DNA of 64,000 nucleotides from an uncultured Alphaproteobacteria bacterium (GCA_937126915.1 CAKZLM010000031.1:13825-77824), one strand, 5' to 3'; shown: positions 27,191 to 37,200, counted from the first letter of the stretch. The notes: generated by a model from the letters alone, not told the origin. Program-made: numbers and translations.

Positions 27191-28138
27191 TTAACCGTTG
27201 CTGGCTTGTTGCTGGGTTAATTGAATGAAAATGTCTTCCAAGTCAGTTTCATGGGTAGTGATGTCGGTAATATCCAATTTGGCATTGCTGGCTGCTGCCA
27301 AAACTTGGCTAATGCCTTTTTCAGATTTTGACATTTGCACCTGAATAGCATTGGGGCCGGCTAATTTTGCATGAAAATCATTAAAACTATCAGGCAGGGC
27401 GGTTAGTTCATGTGCCACTTCCAAAACAATTTCTTTTTCATCAATGCGCGATAATAATTGGTTCTTGGGTTCGCAACACACCACCTCGCCATGGTTGATG
27501 ATGGCAATGGTGTCGCATAATTCTTCCGCTTCTTCCAAATAGTGGGTGGTTAGTACAACGGTTACCCCCTCTTCATGCAGGCGCCGCACGCTTTGCCATA
27601 ATTGTTGGCGCAGCTCTACATCCACCCCTGCAGTAGGCTCATCCAACACCAAAATGGGCGGTGAGTGGACCATCGCCTTACCGACCAATAAACGGCGCTT
27701 CATGCCACCTGACAGTGTTCTTGAATAAGCGTCAGCCTTATCTTCCAAGCGGATCAGCTTTAAAATTTCTTCGGTACGGCGATCTTCTGGCTTAATACCA
27801 TACATGCCCGCTTGAATTTCCAGCATTTCACGCGGCGTGAAAAAGGCATCAAAGGTCAATTCTTGGGGCACAATGCCAATGCTGGCCTTTGAATTGCGGC
27901 GGTCTTCATCAATGTCAAACCCCCAGATCTCTGCCGTGCCGCCTGATTTATTAACCAAGCCTGCTAAAATGTTAATGAAGGTTGATTTTCCTGCGCCATT
28001 AGGGCCCAACAGCGCAAACATCGAACCGCGTTCAATATCGAGATCAATCCCTTTAAGAGCATGTTTTGGGCCAGCCTTGCCTGCGCCAGCGTAGGTTTTT
28101 TCTAGGCCTCTAACTTTAATGGCCGCTGTATCAGACAT
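27191..28138 (-). CDS. ABC transporter ATP-binding protein (ABC-2/DrrA-type with C-terminal domain); no adjacent permease
   Basis: Walker [10 protein letters not shown], signature LSGGMKRRL, Walker [13 protein letters not shown]. It lies 29 nt upstream of nadB on the same strand. Confidence 0.9.
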   Translation of the reverse strand: MSDTAAIKVRGLEKTYAGAGKAGPKHALKGIDLDIERGSMFALLGPNGAGKSTFINILAGLVNKSGGTAEIWGFDIDEDRRNSKASIGIVPQELTFDAFFTPREMLEIQAGMYGIKPEDRRTEEILKLIRLEDKADAYSRTLSGGMKRRLLVGKAMVHSPPILVLDEPTAGVDVELRQQLWQSVRRLHEEGVTVVLTTHYLEEAEELCDTIAIINHGEVVCCEPKNQLLSRIDEKEIVLEVAHELTALPDSFNDFHAKLAGPNAIQVQMSKSEKGISQVLAAASNAKLDITDITTHETDLEDIFIQLTQQQASNG

Positions 28139-28382
28139 AAAAAATCCTTATCTTCCCGAGCTAAAACCAACAGGGGCTTAATTGCTTGGTTTTTGGTTGT
28201 CTTACCCGCTTGCTAGCACCCTACGATTAAAGGGTCAAATCATCAAGCAATAGCTGATCGCTTTTAATGATAAATTTTCGCTTTCGCGGGATTGTATTTC
28301 AGCTATCATATGTCTATAAGATACGCTTCTATCAAGTCTTGGATTGTAACTTTATCCAGATGTAATGTTAAGGAATTGCAAA

Positions 28383-28574
28383 ATGACGATTGATGCCCCT
28401 GAAACCGTTGTGGTTGATACCAAAAAAGTAGCGTGTGACGGTGACACTGCTAAAGGCGATGCTCTCGGCCATCCACGTGTTTATTTAACCATGGATGATG
28501 ATATGGTTGAGTGCCCTTACTGCGACCGCCGCTATGTCTTGGCTGGCAGTGAGGCCGCAAAGGCTGCTTCTTAA
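28383..28574 (+). CDS. zinc-finger (zf-CHCC type) domain-containing small protein
   Basis: VACDG...HPRVYLTM...[11 protein letters not shown] is the CHCC zinc-ribbon pattern of the NDUFS6-like small proteins. AAGGAA lies 7 nt before the ATG at 28383. Confidence 0.75.
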   Translation: MTIDAPETVVVDTKKVACDGDTAKGDALGHPRVYLTMDDDMVECPYCDRRYVLAGSEAAKAAS

Positions 28575-28677
28575 AACATACCGCTGACCATATAGCAGCG
28601 AAATCACTGATGGTGGCCTTCCTTGGGTTTAGCGAGGCCACCACACAATAAATTGACAACATGGGGGGATAAGCAGC

Positions 28678-31506
28678 ATGGCTGCCACGGATGCCGATAC
28701 AGGTAATAACAACGACAAAAACAATCATATTTATCTGGTCGATGGCTCCAGCTTTATTTTCCGCGCTTATCACGCGCTGCCCCCCATGAATAGCCCTGAT
28801 GGTACCCCTGTTAATGCGGTTTATGGTTTTTCCAACATGCTGTTTAAGTTATTGCAGGATGTTGATATTGGCGACCAGCCCAGCCATTTTGCGGTTTTAT
28901 TGGATAAGGGTCGCTTAACCTTCCGCAATGATTTTTACCCTGACTATAAAGCCCACCGTCCGCCTGCCCCTGAGGATTTGGTGCCGCAATTCCCCTTGAT
29001 TAGAAAGGCCGTCGAAGCCTTTAATGTTCCTGTGGTTGAAATGGAAGGCTATGAGGCTGACGATTTAATTGCCACCTATACAAGACAGGCGCGTGAACGT
29101 GGCTGGCGTGTGACCATTGTGTCATCGGACAAAGACTTGATGCAGCTGTTGGATGATCGCACCATCATGTTGGACTCAATGAAAAACCGCCGTATGGGAT
29201 TGGCTGAGGTGGAAGAAAAGTTTGGCGTTGGCCCAGACCGGGTTATTGATGTGCAATCCCTTGCAGGTGATAGTGTTGATAATGTCCCTGGTGTGCCGGG
29301 CATCGGTGTTAAAACCGCTGCTCTGTTGATCAATGAATTTGGCGACCTGGATAGCCTGCTGCAACGGGCCGAGGAAATTCCGCAAAAGAAACGCCGCGAA
29401 AACCTCATTGAATTTGCCGACCAAGCCCGTGTTTCCCGCGACTTGGTGACATTAAAGCAAGACACCCCTGTTGAAATGGGTCTTGAAGACCTTGCTATTC
29501 GCCCGATGGATGTTAACGTTTTGGTGCAATTCATTGATACCTATGGGTTTAGGTCCCTAAAATCAAAAGTGATCAGCCATCTTGGCCCCGCTGATGAGGT
29601 CGGGGGTGATGCCGCTGGGGCGGTTAGCCAATTACAGGCTGAATTGGTTGTCAAAGATGTTGATTATCAATGCATTCAAGAAATGGATGAATTGGATGGT
29701 TGGATCAGGGCCATTGAAATGGCTGGCCATGTGACGGTGGATACCGAAACCACATCCCTTAACGCCATGACTGCGCGCCTTGTGGGTATTTGCCTTAGCG
29801 TTGAGGCGGGCAAGGCTTGTTACATCCCGCTGCGCCATAAATCATCCGAGGGCGATGGCGGTCTTGATTTATTGGCTGAAGGGCCAAAGCAATTAGACGC
29901 CGCTACGGTGTTGAAAAAATTAAAGCCCGTGTTTGAAAATCCCGCCATCATGAAAACGGGGCAAAATATCAAATATGATATGATTATTTTGCGCCATGAA
30001 GGCATTATGCTGAACCCAGTGGATGACACCATGTTGATGTCATACGCCCTTGAAGGGGGTGCTCATGGTCATGGAATGGACGAACTGGCTGATCTGCATT
30101 TAGGTCACCAATGCATTCCGTTTAAAGAGGTAGTCGGTACGGGTAAATCGCAAATCACCTTTGACCAAGTGGCGCTGGATAAAGCCACGGATTATGCAGC
30201 TGAAGATGCTGATATTACGGGCCGTTTAGGTCGCTTGTTAAAGCCGCGCTTGGCATCAGAAAAAGTAACCACGGTTTATGAACGCCTTGAGCGCCCCTTA
30301 GTGCCTGTTTTGGCGGATATGGAATATAAAGGCATTAAGGTTGATAAGCCTATGCTTAACCGCTTGTCGATGGATTTTTCGGCCCGTTTGGAAGAATTGG
30401 AAAAAATCATTTATGACCTTGCGGGTGAGCAGTTTAATATTGGCTCGCCCAAACAGCTTGGCGAAATATTGTTTGATAAGCTTGGTCTTGAAGGTGGTAA
30501 AAAGTCTAAAAAGGGTGCCCGTTCAACCAATCATGAAGTACTTGAGGCCTTAGCCGCTGAGGGTCATGAACTGCCTGAAAAAGTGTTAGAATGGCGCATG
30601 TTATCTAAACTACGGTCTACCTATACCGATAGCCTGCAAAAAGACATTAACCCTAAAACGGGCCGCGTTCATACCAGCTATGCCCAAGCATTGACCTCAA
30701 CCGGGCGTTTATCATCATCTGATCCTAACTTGCAAAATATCCCCATTCGCACTGAAGAGGGGCGTAAGATTAGGCAGGCGTTCGTGCCTGAGGCAGGCTA
30801 TAAATTATTAGCGGCTGATTACAGCCAAATTGAGCTGCGTTTATTGGCTCATATTGCGGATATTGAGGCCCTTAAAACCGCGTTTCATGAGGGCCAAGAC
30901 ATTCACGCCATGACCGCGTCTGAGGTTTTTGGTGTGCCGATGGAAGGCATGGACCCGATTGTGCGCCGCCAAGCAAAAGCGATTAACTTTGGTATCATTT
31001 ATGGTATTTCTGCCTTTGGTTTGGCGCGTCAACTAGGCATTAGCCGCACTGAAGCCAAAGATTATATCGCGGCCTATTTTGAGAAGTTTCCGGGCATTCG
31101 CCACTATATGGATGACACCATTGAGTTTGCTAAAAAGCATGGCTATGTGGAAACCGTGTTTGGGCGTAAATGCCATGTTCCTGCCTTACTGGATAAAAAC
31201 CCTATGCGCCGCTCGTTTGGTGAGCGTGCTGCGATTAATGCGCCGATCCAAGGCTCTGCAGCCGATGTCATTCGCCGCGCCATGATCCAAATGCCCGATG
31301 CCCTTGTTCACAATGGCTTGGATGACGTTAAGATGCTGCTGCAAGTGCATGATGAATTGGTTTTTGAAGTGCCTGAAGACAAACTTGAAAAAGCCGAAAG
31401 CGTTATCACCAAAACCATGGAAAACGCGTGCTATCCGATCTTGGACATCTCTGTTCCCTTGGTCGTTGATTGCGGCATCGGCAACAATTGGGACGAAGCA
31501 CATTAA
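28678..31506 (+). CDS. polA: DNA polymerase I
   Basis: 942 aa. It has a 5'-nuclease domain (LVDGSSFIFRAYHA), a 3'-5' exonuclease domain (DTETTSL), polymerase motif A (DYSQIELRLLAH), motif B (RRQAKAINFGIIYG) and motif C (QVHDELVFE). Confidence 0.97.
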   Translation: MAATDADTGNNNDKNNHIYLVDGSSFIFRAYHALPPMNSPDGTPVNAVYGFSNMLFKLLQDVDIGDQPSHFAVLLDKGRLTFRNDFYPDYKAHRPPAPEDLVPQFPLIRKAVEAFNVPVVEMEGYEADDLIATYTRQARERGWRVTIVSSDKDLMQLLDDRTIMLDSMKNRRMGLAEVEEKFGVGPDRVIDVQSLAGDSVDNVPGVPGIGVKTAALLINEFGDLDSLLQRAEEIPQKKRRENLIEFADQARVSRDLVTLKQDTPVEMGLEDLAIRPMDVNVLVQFIDTYGFRSLKSKVISHLGPADEVGGDAAGAVSQLQAELVVKDVDYQCIQEMDELDGWIRAIEMAGHVTVDTETTSLNAMTARLVGICLSVEAGKACYIPLRHKSSEGDGGLDLLAEGPKQLDAATVLKKLKPVFENPAIMKTGQNIKYDMIILRHEGIMLNPVDDTMLMSYALEGGAHGHGMDELADLHLGHQCIPFKEVVGTGKSQITFDQVALDKATDYAAEDADITGRLGRLLKPRLASEKVTTVYERLERPLVPVLADMEYKGIKVDKPMLNRLSMDFSARLEELEKIIYDLAGEQFNIGSPKQLGEILFDKLGLEGGKKSKKGARSTNHEVLEALAAEGHELPEKVLEWRMLSKLRSTYTDSLQKDINPKTGRVHTSYAQALTSTGRLSSSDPNLQNIPIRTEEGRKIRQAFVPEAGYKLLAADYSQIELRLLAHIADIEALKTAFHEGQDIHAMTASEVFGVPMEGMDPIVRRQAKAINFGIIYGISAFGLARQLGISRTEAKDYIAAYFEKFPGIRHYMDDTIEFAKKHGYVETVFGRKCHVPALLDKNPMRRSFGERAAINAPIQGSAADVIRRAMIQMPDALVHNGLDDVKMLLQVHDELVFEVPEDKLEKAESVITKTMENACYPILDISVPLVVDCGIGNNWDEAH

Positions 31507-31522
31507 TTAGTGACGGTTATAT
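31505..31522. repeat. solo copy of the TAGTRAC-N-GTYACTA palindromic motif, between the polA stop and the Y-family polymerase stop
   Basis: AATTAGTGACGGTTAT (31505-31520) matches 32805-32820 in 15 of 16 positions. Confidence 0.7.
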
Positions 31523-31529
31523 TTTTTCT

Positions 31530-32777
31530 TTACCAAAAATCCTCTGCTTCTGGGATGCGGGTGAAGGCAATTTTGCCACCCGCATAGCCGCCCGGTGGGT
31601 TTTCCCATGGGCCCATGCTGATCATGGTGCGGGCATAGCGACGGTTAAGGCTATCCATGGTGTTGCTTAATTTGTCCCATTTTGTGCGCAAAGACCGATC
31701 TTGATTAAACAGGTCTGGTTGTATCGCCTCAGGCGGCACCAAGTGATAAAGCGCCACATTAAGCCGGATGATTTTAATGGAGGGCGGTAATTGGCGGCGC
31801 ATGGCCCGCCACATGGTGTTTAGGCCATGGACCACGGCTTGGTCATCACTGGCATAATCTAGGACATATTCTTGCGACCAGCTATCATCGCGCAATCTGA
31901 TCCACAGTCCCATACGGCGCGCTAGTAGGTTGGCGCGGCGTAATCGTCTGGCGGCCTTTAGGGTGAGTAATTTTGCACAGCGCCAAGCATTGTCGGGGTC
32001 TCGCCATTCAGGCGGTAGCACACGGCCATGGCCGTACATTTGGCGTTTGGTTGGCGCTGGCGTGATGTCATAGCCGTGTAGGGCGTACCAAAACCGTTCG
32101 CCATTAATATTTCCCCAAATCGCTTTCAGGTGTTTTGGCTGGCATTGCCACAATTGCTCAACTGTGTGGATGTTGGCCTGTGATAAGCGCCGCGCCATGC
32201 TTTTTCCAATGCCCGGGATGTCTTCAAGCTCAAGGTCCAGCAACCGACCGGGCAGGGTGTGGGGATGCAGAAAGGTTTCGCCATTGGGCTTATCCATATC
32301 ACTGGCAATTTTCGCCAGCAAGCGATTGGGGGCATAGCCAAACGAGCAAGTGATATAATGTCCAATACGGCGCTTCAGGCGCGCCTTTATGGCATCGGTT
32401 GTTTCAGATGGGTTGGCGATGGCGCGGTGATCCAGCTTGCACACCAATTCATCAATGGAACACACCGCTTCAATGGGTAAGACGCTGTCAATTTCCTCCA
32501 AAAACTGATGATGGATATTGACATATTTTTCAGGGTTTTGCGGCACAAGGGTGATGTCGGGGCACACCGCTTTGGCTTCTGTTACTGACATGATGTTTTT
32601 AACGCCTGCGCGTTTGGCTATCTTGTTGGCGGCAATGATGCAGGTGTGCTCGGTGTTATCAAAGGGCACAACCCCAACCGCCCTACCATGCAGGCGCGGG
32701 TTTAGCTGCTCTTCCACACTGGCGAAAAAGCTATCAAAATCAATAAACACCCGTTCTATGGTTGTTGGCTTACGCAT
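31530..32777 (-). CDS. Y-family DNA polymerase (ImpB/MucB/DinB-type translesion polymerase)
   Basis: 415 aa. FIDFDSFFASVE (catalytic Asp motif), SIDELVC (catalytic D-E), NRLLAKIASDMDKPNG and DIPGIGKSMARRL (HhH) align block by block with DinB/UmuC. The catalytic acidic residues are retained. Confidence 0.85.
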   Translation of the reverse strand: MRKPTTIERVFIDFDSFFASVEEQLNPRLHGRAVGVVPFDNTEHTCIIAANKIAKRAGVKNIMSVTEAKAVCPDITLVPQNPEKYVNIHHQFLEEIDSVLPIEAVCSIDELVCKLDHRAIANPSETTDAIKARLKRRIGHYITCSFGYAPNRLLAKIASDMDKPNGETFLHPHTLPGRLLDLELEDIPGIGKSMARRLSQANIHTVEQLWQCQPKHLKAIWGNINGERFWYALHGYDITPAPTKRQMYGHGRVLPPEWRDPDNAWRCAKLLTLKAARRLRRANLLARRMGLWIRLRDDSWSQEYVLDYASDDQAVVHGLNTMWRAMRRQLPPSIKIIRLNVALYHLVPPEAIQPDLFNQDRSLRTKWDKLSNTMDSLNRRYARTMISMGPWENPPGGYAGGKIAFTRIPEAEDFW

Positions 32778-32804
32778 GGGGATTACGTATATATCCTTTA
32801 TAAT

Positions 32805-33585
32805 AATTAGTGACGGTTACTCTTTTTGTTGCTTCTGTATCCTCCCTTTAGTCGTCACATGAAGCGCGCTCAGGGCTGGAAACGCTTTCGCTTTTATAAA
32901 TTAGTGGCGATTACTCTTTTTGTTGCTTCCCGATTGGGCTTTCGCTCTCCGATGAAACGTGCCGCAGGCGCGCATTGTATTCACAATGCGATAGACCCAG
33001 CTCTTCCTTTGAGGCGAAAGCCGATGCAGCCTTGAGCATCGCACCATCGGAGGATCAAAGGGACGATCGGGGTGCGGACATAAAAGCGTCAGTCGACCCA
33101 GTTTAAAAAATTTCTCTTACACAGCGGCTGAATTATTAGAACAAAAAGAGAACAAATAAAAGAGGCAATGAAAAACAATAGTAAGATCAGAGTGTTGCAA
33201 GACACTCGCTAGAAAGGTAAGAGGAGCAAGATAAGACGAATCGCCATTAAAATTTGTCTTGTTTCCAGAAAAGTTTTCACTTTTCCATGAAATGTGCCGC
33301 AGGCGCGCATTTTTTTCACTCTCTTGTAGTTTCCCGATCGGGCTCTCACCCTCCGATGAAACAAGCCGCAGGCGCGCATTGTTTTCACAATGCGATAGAT
33401 CCAGCTCTTCCTTTGAGGCGAAAGCCGATGCAGCCTTTAGCATAGCACCATCGGAGGACCAAAGGGACGATCGGGGTGCAACCAAAAAAGCGAAAGCCGA
33501 TGCAGCCTTTAGCATAGCACCATCGGAGGACCAAAGGGACGATCGGGGTGCAACCAAAAAAATCTTAACCGTCACTCATTAATGG
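32805..33585. repeat. composite array of MITE/REPIN-like repeats (at least three related units plus a unique AT-rich insert)
   Basis: Motif copies lie at 32808-32822, 32902-32916 and 33564-33578. The arms TTGTTGCTTCCCGATYGGGCT...CCGATGAAAC recur at about 32921 and about 33331, and also at about 11014. The hairpin CGCATTGT-N4-ACAATGCG occurs twice. The right arm CATCGGAGGAYCAAAGGGACGATCGGGGTG occurs three times. Confidence 0.75.
33418..33561. repeat. exact 72-bp tandem duplication inside the composite repeat
   Basis: 33418-33489 and 33490-33561 read identically: GCGAAAGCCGATGCAGCCTTTAGCATAGCACCATCGGAGGACCAAAGGGACGATCGGGGTGCAACCAAAAAA. Confidence 0.9.
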
Positions 33586-33751
33586 GGGTTAGCCTATAAA
33601 TTAATCGGTAAGTGTCTATAAATATGTAACTAAAGGCTTGCTCAAAGGCTGTGCAGGGGGTAAACCTATAGGGAATTTAATCCAGTATGAGGGGTTGTCC
33701 GTAGCGACAACAAAGCTGGCGTTAATCACATGAGGGATAAAAGGATATAAT

Positions 33752-34147
33752 ATGGCTAGGCGTGATCGTCCATTGTCTCCGCATTTGCAGGTTTATCGCT
33801 TTCAATTGCATATGGCGATGTCAATTTTCCACCGCGCAACAGGCGTGGCCTTGTCGGTGGGTGCACTTTTCTTAACATGGTGGTTGGTTGCTGCGGCAAC
33901 AGGACCAGTTTATTTTGAGCAAGTCCAAGGCTATATCGCAACGCCTGTGGGTCGCTTGTTCTTATTTGGTTTTAGCTTTGCATTGTTCTATCACATGCTG
34001 AACGGTATTCGTCACCTTAACTGGGACATGGGCCGTGGCTATGCCAAAGAAAAATTCAAGCGTTCTGGTCAGATGGTCATTATTCTGGCGGTTGTTTTAA
34101 CCTTGGCTGTATGGGCGTGGGCTTACCGCGCTCTTGGCTTGATGTAA
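33752..34147 (+). CDS. sdhC: succinate dehydrogenase cytochrome b556 subunit
   Basis: RPLSPHLQVYRFQLHMAMSIFHRATG is the SdhC N-terminal signature. Three TM helices. First gene of the sdhCDAB order. Confidence 0.9.
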   Translation: MARRDRPLSPHLQVYRFQLHMAMSIFHRATGVALSVGALFLTWWLVAAATGPVYFEQVQGYIATPVGRLFLFGFSFALFYHMLNGIRHLNWDMGRGYAKEKFKRSGQMVIILAVVLTLAVWAWAYRALGLM

Positions 34148-34165
34148 GAGTTTGGGAGAAACAAG

Positions 34166-34537
34166 ATGCGAACAGCTTTAGGAAAAGTTCGGGGATTAGG
34201 CTCTGCCAAATCAGGTGTCCATCATTGGTGGGCGCAACGCCTAACTGCCATTGCTTTATTGCCTTTGATGGTTTGGTTTGTGGCCTCAATGGTGTCCTTG
34301 GTGGGTGCTGATCACCGCACCGTGGTTGAGTGGATTGCCAACCCGTTAACCAGTGCTCTTTTGGTGGCTTTGGTTCTGGCGGTTTTTTATCACTTGCGCC
34401 TTGGCTTGCAGGTGGTGATTGAAGATTATTTGCATGGCGGCACCCGCATGGTGTTGTTGGTATTCGTGAATTTCGCCTCGATCCTATTGGGTTTGATGGC
34501 GATTATCGCAGTGTTAAAAATTGCTTTTGGAAGCTAA
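34166..34537 (+). CDS. sdhD: succinate dehydrogenase hydrophobic membrane anchor subunit
   Basis: [22 protein letters not shown] is the SdhD signature. Three TM helices. Confidence 0.9.
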   Translation: MRTALGKVRGLGSAKSGVHHWWAQRLTAIALLPLMVWFVASMVSLVGADHRTVVEWIANPLTSALLVALVLAVFYHLRLGLQVVIEDYLHGGTRMVLLVFVNFASILLGLMAIIAVLKIAFGS

Positions 34538-34541
34538 TTTT

Positions 34542-36332
34542 ATGAATGGTACATATGATATTATTGATCACACTTATGATGTGGTTGTTGTGGGCGCAGG
34601 TGGTTCCGGCCTAAGAGCAGCCATGGGTGTGGCAGAGGCAGGCTTGAAAACGGCCTGTGTAACAAAAGTATTCCCAACCCGCAGTCACACGGTGGCCGCG
34701 CAGGGTGGTATTGCCGCCTCATTGGGTAACATGGGCCCAGACAAATGGCAGTGGCACATGTATGACACCGTTAAGGGGTCAGACTGGTTAGGTGACCAAG
34801 ACGCCATTGAATATATGGTGCGTCACGCCCCTGATGCGGTTTATGAGCTTGAGCATTACGGTATGCCTTTCTCACGGACCGAAGAAGGTAAGATTTACCA
34901 GCGTCCATTCGGCGGCATGACCACGGAATTTGGCGAAGGTCCAGCGGCACAGCGCACCTGTGCGGCGGCTGACCGTACCGGTCACGCCATGTTGCACTCG
35001 CTTTACCAGCAATCATTGAAATATGAGACCGACTTCTTCATCGAATATTTCGCCATTGATTTGATCATGGAAAATGGTGAGTGTCGCGGTATTATCGCCT
35101 TATGTATGGACGATGGTTCAATCCACCGTTTCCGCGCAAAATCAGTTGTGTTGGCAACAGGCGGTTATGGTCGTGCTTATTTCTCTTGTACTTCTGCCCA
35201 CACCTGTACGGGTGATGGTGGTGGCATGGTGGCCCGCGCTGGCTTGCCATTGCAAGATATGGAATTTGTTCAGTTCCACCCAACTGGTATTTATGGCGCT
35301 GGTGTGTTGATCACCGAAGGTGCCCGTGGTGAAGGTGGTTATTTGGTCAACTCAGAAGGTGAGCGATTTATGGAGCGTTATGCCCCATCAGCCAAAGACC
35401 TTGCATCGCGCGATGTGGTAAGCCGTTCAATGGCGTCTGAAATTCGCGCCGGTCGCGGTGTTGGTAAAGATGGTGATCATATCTTCTTGCACCTTGATCA
35501 TCTGCCAGCGGACGTGTTGGCAGAGCGTTTGCCGGGCATTTCTGAAAGTGCTAAGGTTTTCGCTGGTGTTGATGTTAACAAACAGCCAATCCCTGTGATT
35601 CCAACGGTGCATTACAACATGGGTGGTATTCCAACCAACTATCATGGTGAGGTTTTGGCCCCTAAAGATGGTGACCAAGATGCGGTTGTTCCGGGCTTGT
35701 TCGCGGTTGGTGAAGCGGCCTGTGTGTCGGTTCATGGTGCTAACCGTTTGGGCTCTAACTCACTGATTGACTTGGTGGTATTTGGCCGCGCAACCGCGCA
35801 CCGTATTGCTGATACCATTGATCGCAGCAGCAAGCCAAAAGCCCTGCCGAAAGACAGTGCTGATATGGCTTTGGGTCGTTTGGATCATTTCCGTTATGCT
35901 GATGGTGATACCTCAACCGCTGAAATTCGTGACAATATGCAGCGCACCATGCAGTCAAACTGTGCGGTGTTCCGGACGCAAGAGATTTTGTCTGAAGGTA
36001 TCGAGAAAATTGATGCCACCTTCAAATCAATGGAAAACATCAAAACCACTGATCGCTCGTTGGTTTGGAATTCTGACTTGATTGAAACCATGGAATTAGA
36101 CAATTTGATCGGCCAAGCGGCAATTACCATGCATTGTGCTGAGAACCGCAAAGAATCTCGTGGTGCTCATATGCATGAAGATTTCCCTGATCGTGACGAC
36201 AAAAATTGGATGAAACACACCTGTGCATGGATTGATGACAAGGGTAAAGTGAAAATCGACTATCGTTCGGTTCACGATTACACCCTGACCGATGAGGTTG
36301 AGTACATCAAACCAAAAGCACGTGTTTACTAG
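34542..36332 (+). CDS. sdhA: succinate dehydrogenase flavoprotein subunit
   Basis: [15 protein letters not shown], the covalent-FAD site [13 protein letters not shown], and [14 protein letters not shown] at 34542. The track start at 34521 is a TTG overlapping sdhD. Confidence 0.97.
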   Translation: MNGTYDIIDHTYDVVVVGAGGSGLRAAMGVAEAGLKTACVTKVFPTRSHTVAAQGGIAASLGNMGPDKWQWHMYDTVKGSDWLGDQDAIEYMVRHAPDAVYELEHYGMPFSRTEEGKIYQRPFGGMTTEFGEGPAAQRTCAAADRTGHAMLHSLYQQSLKYETDFFIEYFAIDLIMENGECRGIIALCMDDGSIHRFRAKSVVLATGGYGRAYFSCTSAHTCTGDGGGMVARAGLPLQDMEFVQFHPTGIYGAGVLITEGARGEGGYLVNSEGERFMERYAPSAKDLASRDVVSRSMASEIRAGRGVGKDGDHIFLHLDHLPADVLAERLPGISESAKVFAGVDVNKQPIPVIPTVHYNMGGIPTNYHGEVLAPKDGDQDAVVPGLFAVGEAACVSVHGANRLGSNSLIDLVVFGRATAHRIADTIDRSSKPKALPKDSADMALGRLDHFRYADGDTSTAEIRDNMQRTMQSNCAVFRTQEILSEGIEKIDATFKSMENIKTTDRSLVWNSDLIETMELDNLIGQAAITMHCAENRKESRGAHMHEDFPDRDDKNWMKHTCAWIDDKGKVKIDYRSVHDYTLTDEVEYIKPKARVY

Positions 36333-36353
36333 GAAGAATGAAAGGATACTAAA

Positions 36354-37139
36354 ATGGCTGAATTTTCTCTTCCTCAAAATTCCAAAGTGCAAAAAGGCAA
36401 AACCTTTAACGCACCTGAAGGGGCTAAAAACGTTCGCAAATTCCACGTTTATCGCTGGAATGAAGATGACGGCAAAAACCCACAAATGGATACTTATGAA
36501 GTAGACATGGACGATTGCGGCCCTATGGTTTTGGATGCTTTGATCAAGATTAAAAACGAGATTGATCCAACGCTTACCTTCCGCCGTTCGTGCCGTGAGG
36601 GGGTTTGTGGTTCATGTGCCATGAATATTGATGGCACCAACACCTTGGCTTGTACCAAGGCCTGTGATGAGGTGTCGTCAAACGAAGTGGCGATTAACCC
36701 ATTACCGCATATGGGCGTTGTTAAAGACTTGGTGGTGGATATGTCGCATTTTTATGCGCAATATGCCTCAATTGAGCCTTGGATGAAAACCAAAACACCA
36801 ACGCCTTCTGGTAAAGAACGTCTTCAATCTCGTGAAGATCGTGAAAAGCTGGATGGCTTATATGAATGTATCTTGTGTGCTTGTTGTTCTACCAGCTGCC
36901 CAAGCTATTGGTGGAACAGTGACAAGTATCTTGGCCCTGCCATGTTGCTACAGTCATACCGTTGGTTGATCGACAGCCGTGACGAGTTTACGGGCGAGCG
37001 TTTGGACGAGCTTCAAGATCCATTCCGCTTATACCGCTGTCACACTATCTTAAACTGTACCAGTGCTTGTCCGAAGGGTCTAAACCCAGGCGAAGCCATT
37101 GGTGAAATTAAGAAAATGATGCTTGAGCGCGAAATCTAA
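36354..37139 (+). CDS. sdhB: succinate dehydrogenase iron-sulfur subunit
   Basis: Three Cys clusters: [25 protein letters not shown] and [15 protein letters not shown]. Confidence 0.97.
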   Translation: MAEFSLPQNSKVQKGKTFNAPEGAKNVRKFHVYRWNEDDGKNPQMDTYEVDMDDCGPMVLDALIKIKNEIDPTLTFRRSCREGVCGSCAMNIDGTNTLACTKACDEVSSNEVAINPLPHMGVVKDLVVDMSHFYAQYASIEPWMKTKTPTPSGKERLQSREDREKLDGLYECILCACCSTSCPSYWWNSDKYLGPAMLLQSYRWLIDSRDEFTGERLDELQDPFRLYRCHTILNCTSACPKGLNPGEAIGEIKKMMLEREI

Positions 37140-37165
37140 GCACTCATTCAGATTTAACATTCTGA

Positions 37166-37200
37166 AAAGCCGGGCAACAATTGCTCGGCTTTTTTGTTTT
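37166..37200 (+). terminator. intrinsic terminator after sdhB
   Basis: GCCGGGC (37169-37175) pairs with GCTCGGC (37183-37189), followed by TTTTTTGTTTT. Confidence 0.65.

Noticed and set aside
32805-32822. SOS (LexA) box upstream of the Y-family polymerase.
   Set aside because: The alphaproteobacterial LexA site is a GTTC-N7-GTTC direct repeat, which is not present here. The palindrome loosely recalls the Xanthomonadales TTAG-N6-TACTA box but has different spacing. It also occurs at loci with no link to DNA damage. It was kept only as an untested alternative in the finding.
33418-33561. Possible CRISPR array.
   Set aside because: There are only two directly abutting identical 72-bp units, with no spacers and no cas genes. 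This is a tandem duplication.
33117-33575. 152-aa (minus) and 107-aa (plus, 33259-33582) ORFs, plus a 69-aa ORF at 32826-33035, upstream of sdhC.
   Set aside because: They run through the structured repeats. Their 24-aa 'protein repeats' are simply the 72-bp DNA duplication read in frame. ORFs are open on both strands over the same DNA, and there are no SD sequences. They were treated as artefacts of repetitive DNA.
31505-33585. Integron-cassette/attC interpretation of the palindromic elements flanking the Y-family polymerase.
   Set aside because: No intI integrase or attI is present in the window. The motif does not match the attC core sites (RYYYAAC / GTTRRRY). The elements (about 200 bp) are longer than typical attC sites. 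The polymerase gene has its own upstream space for a promoter.
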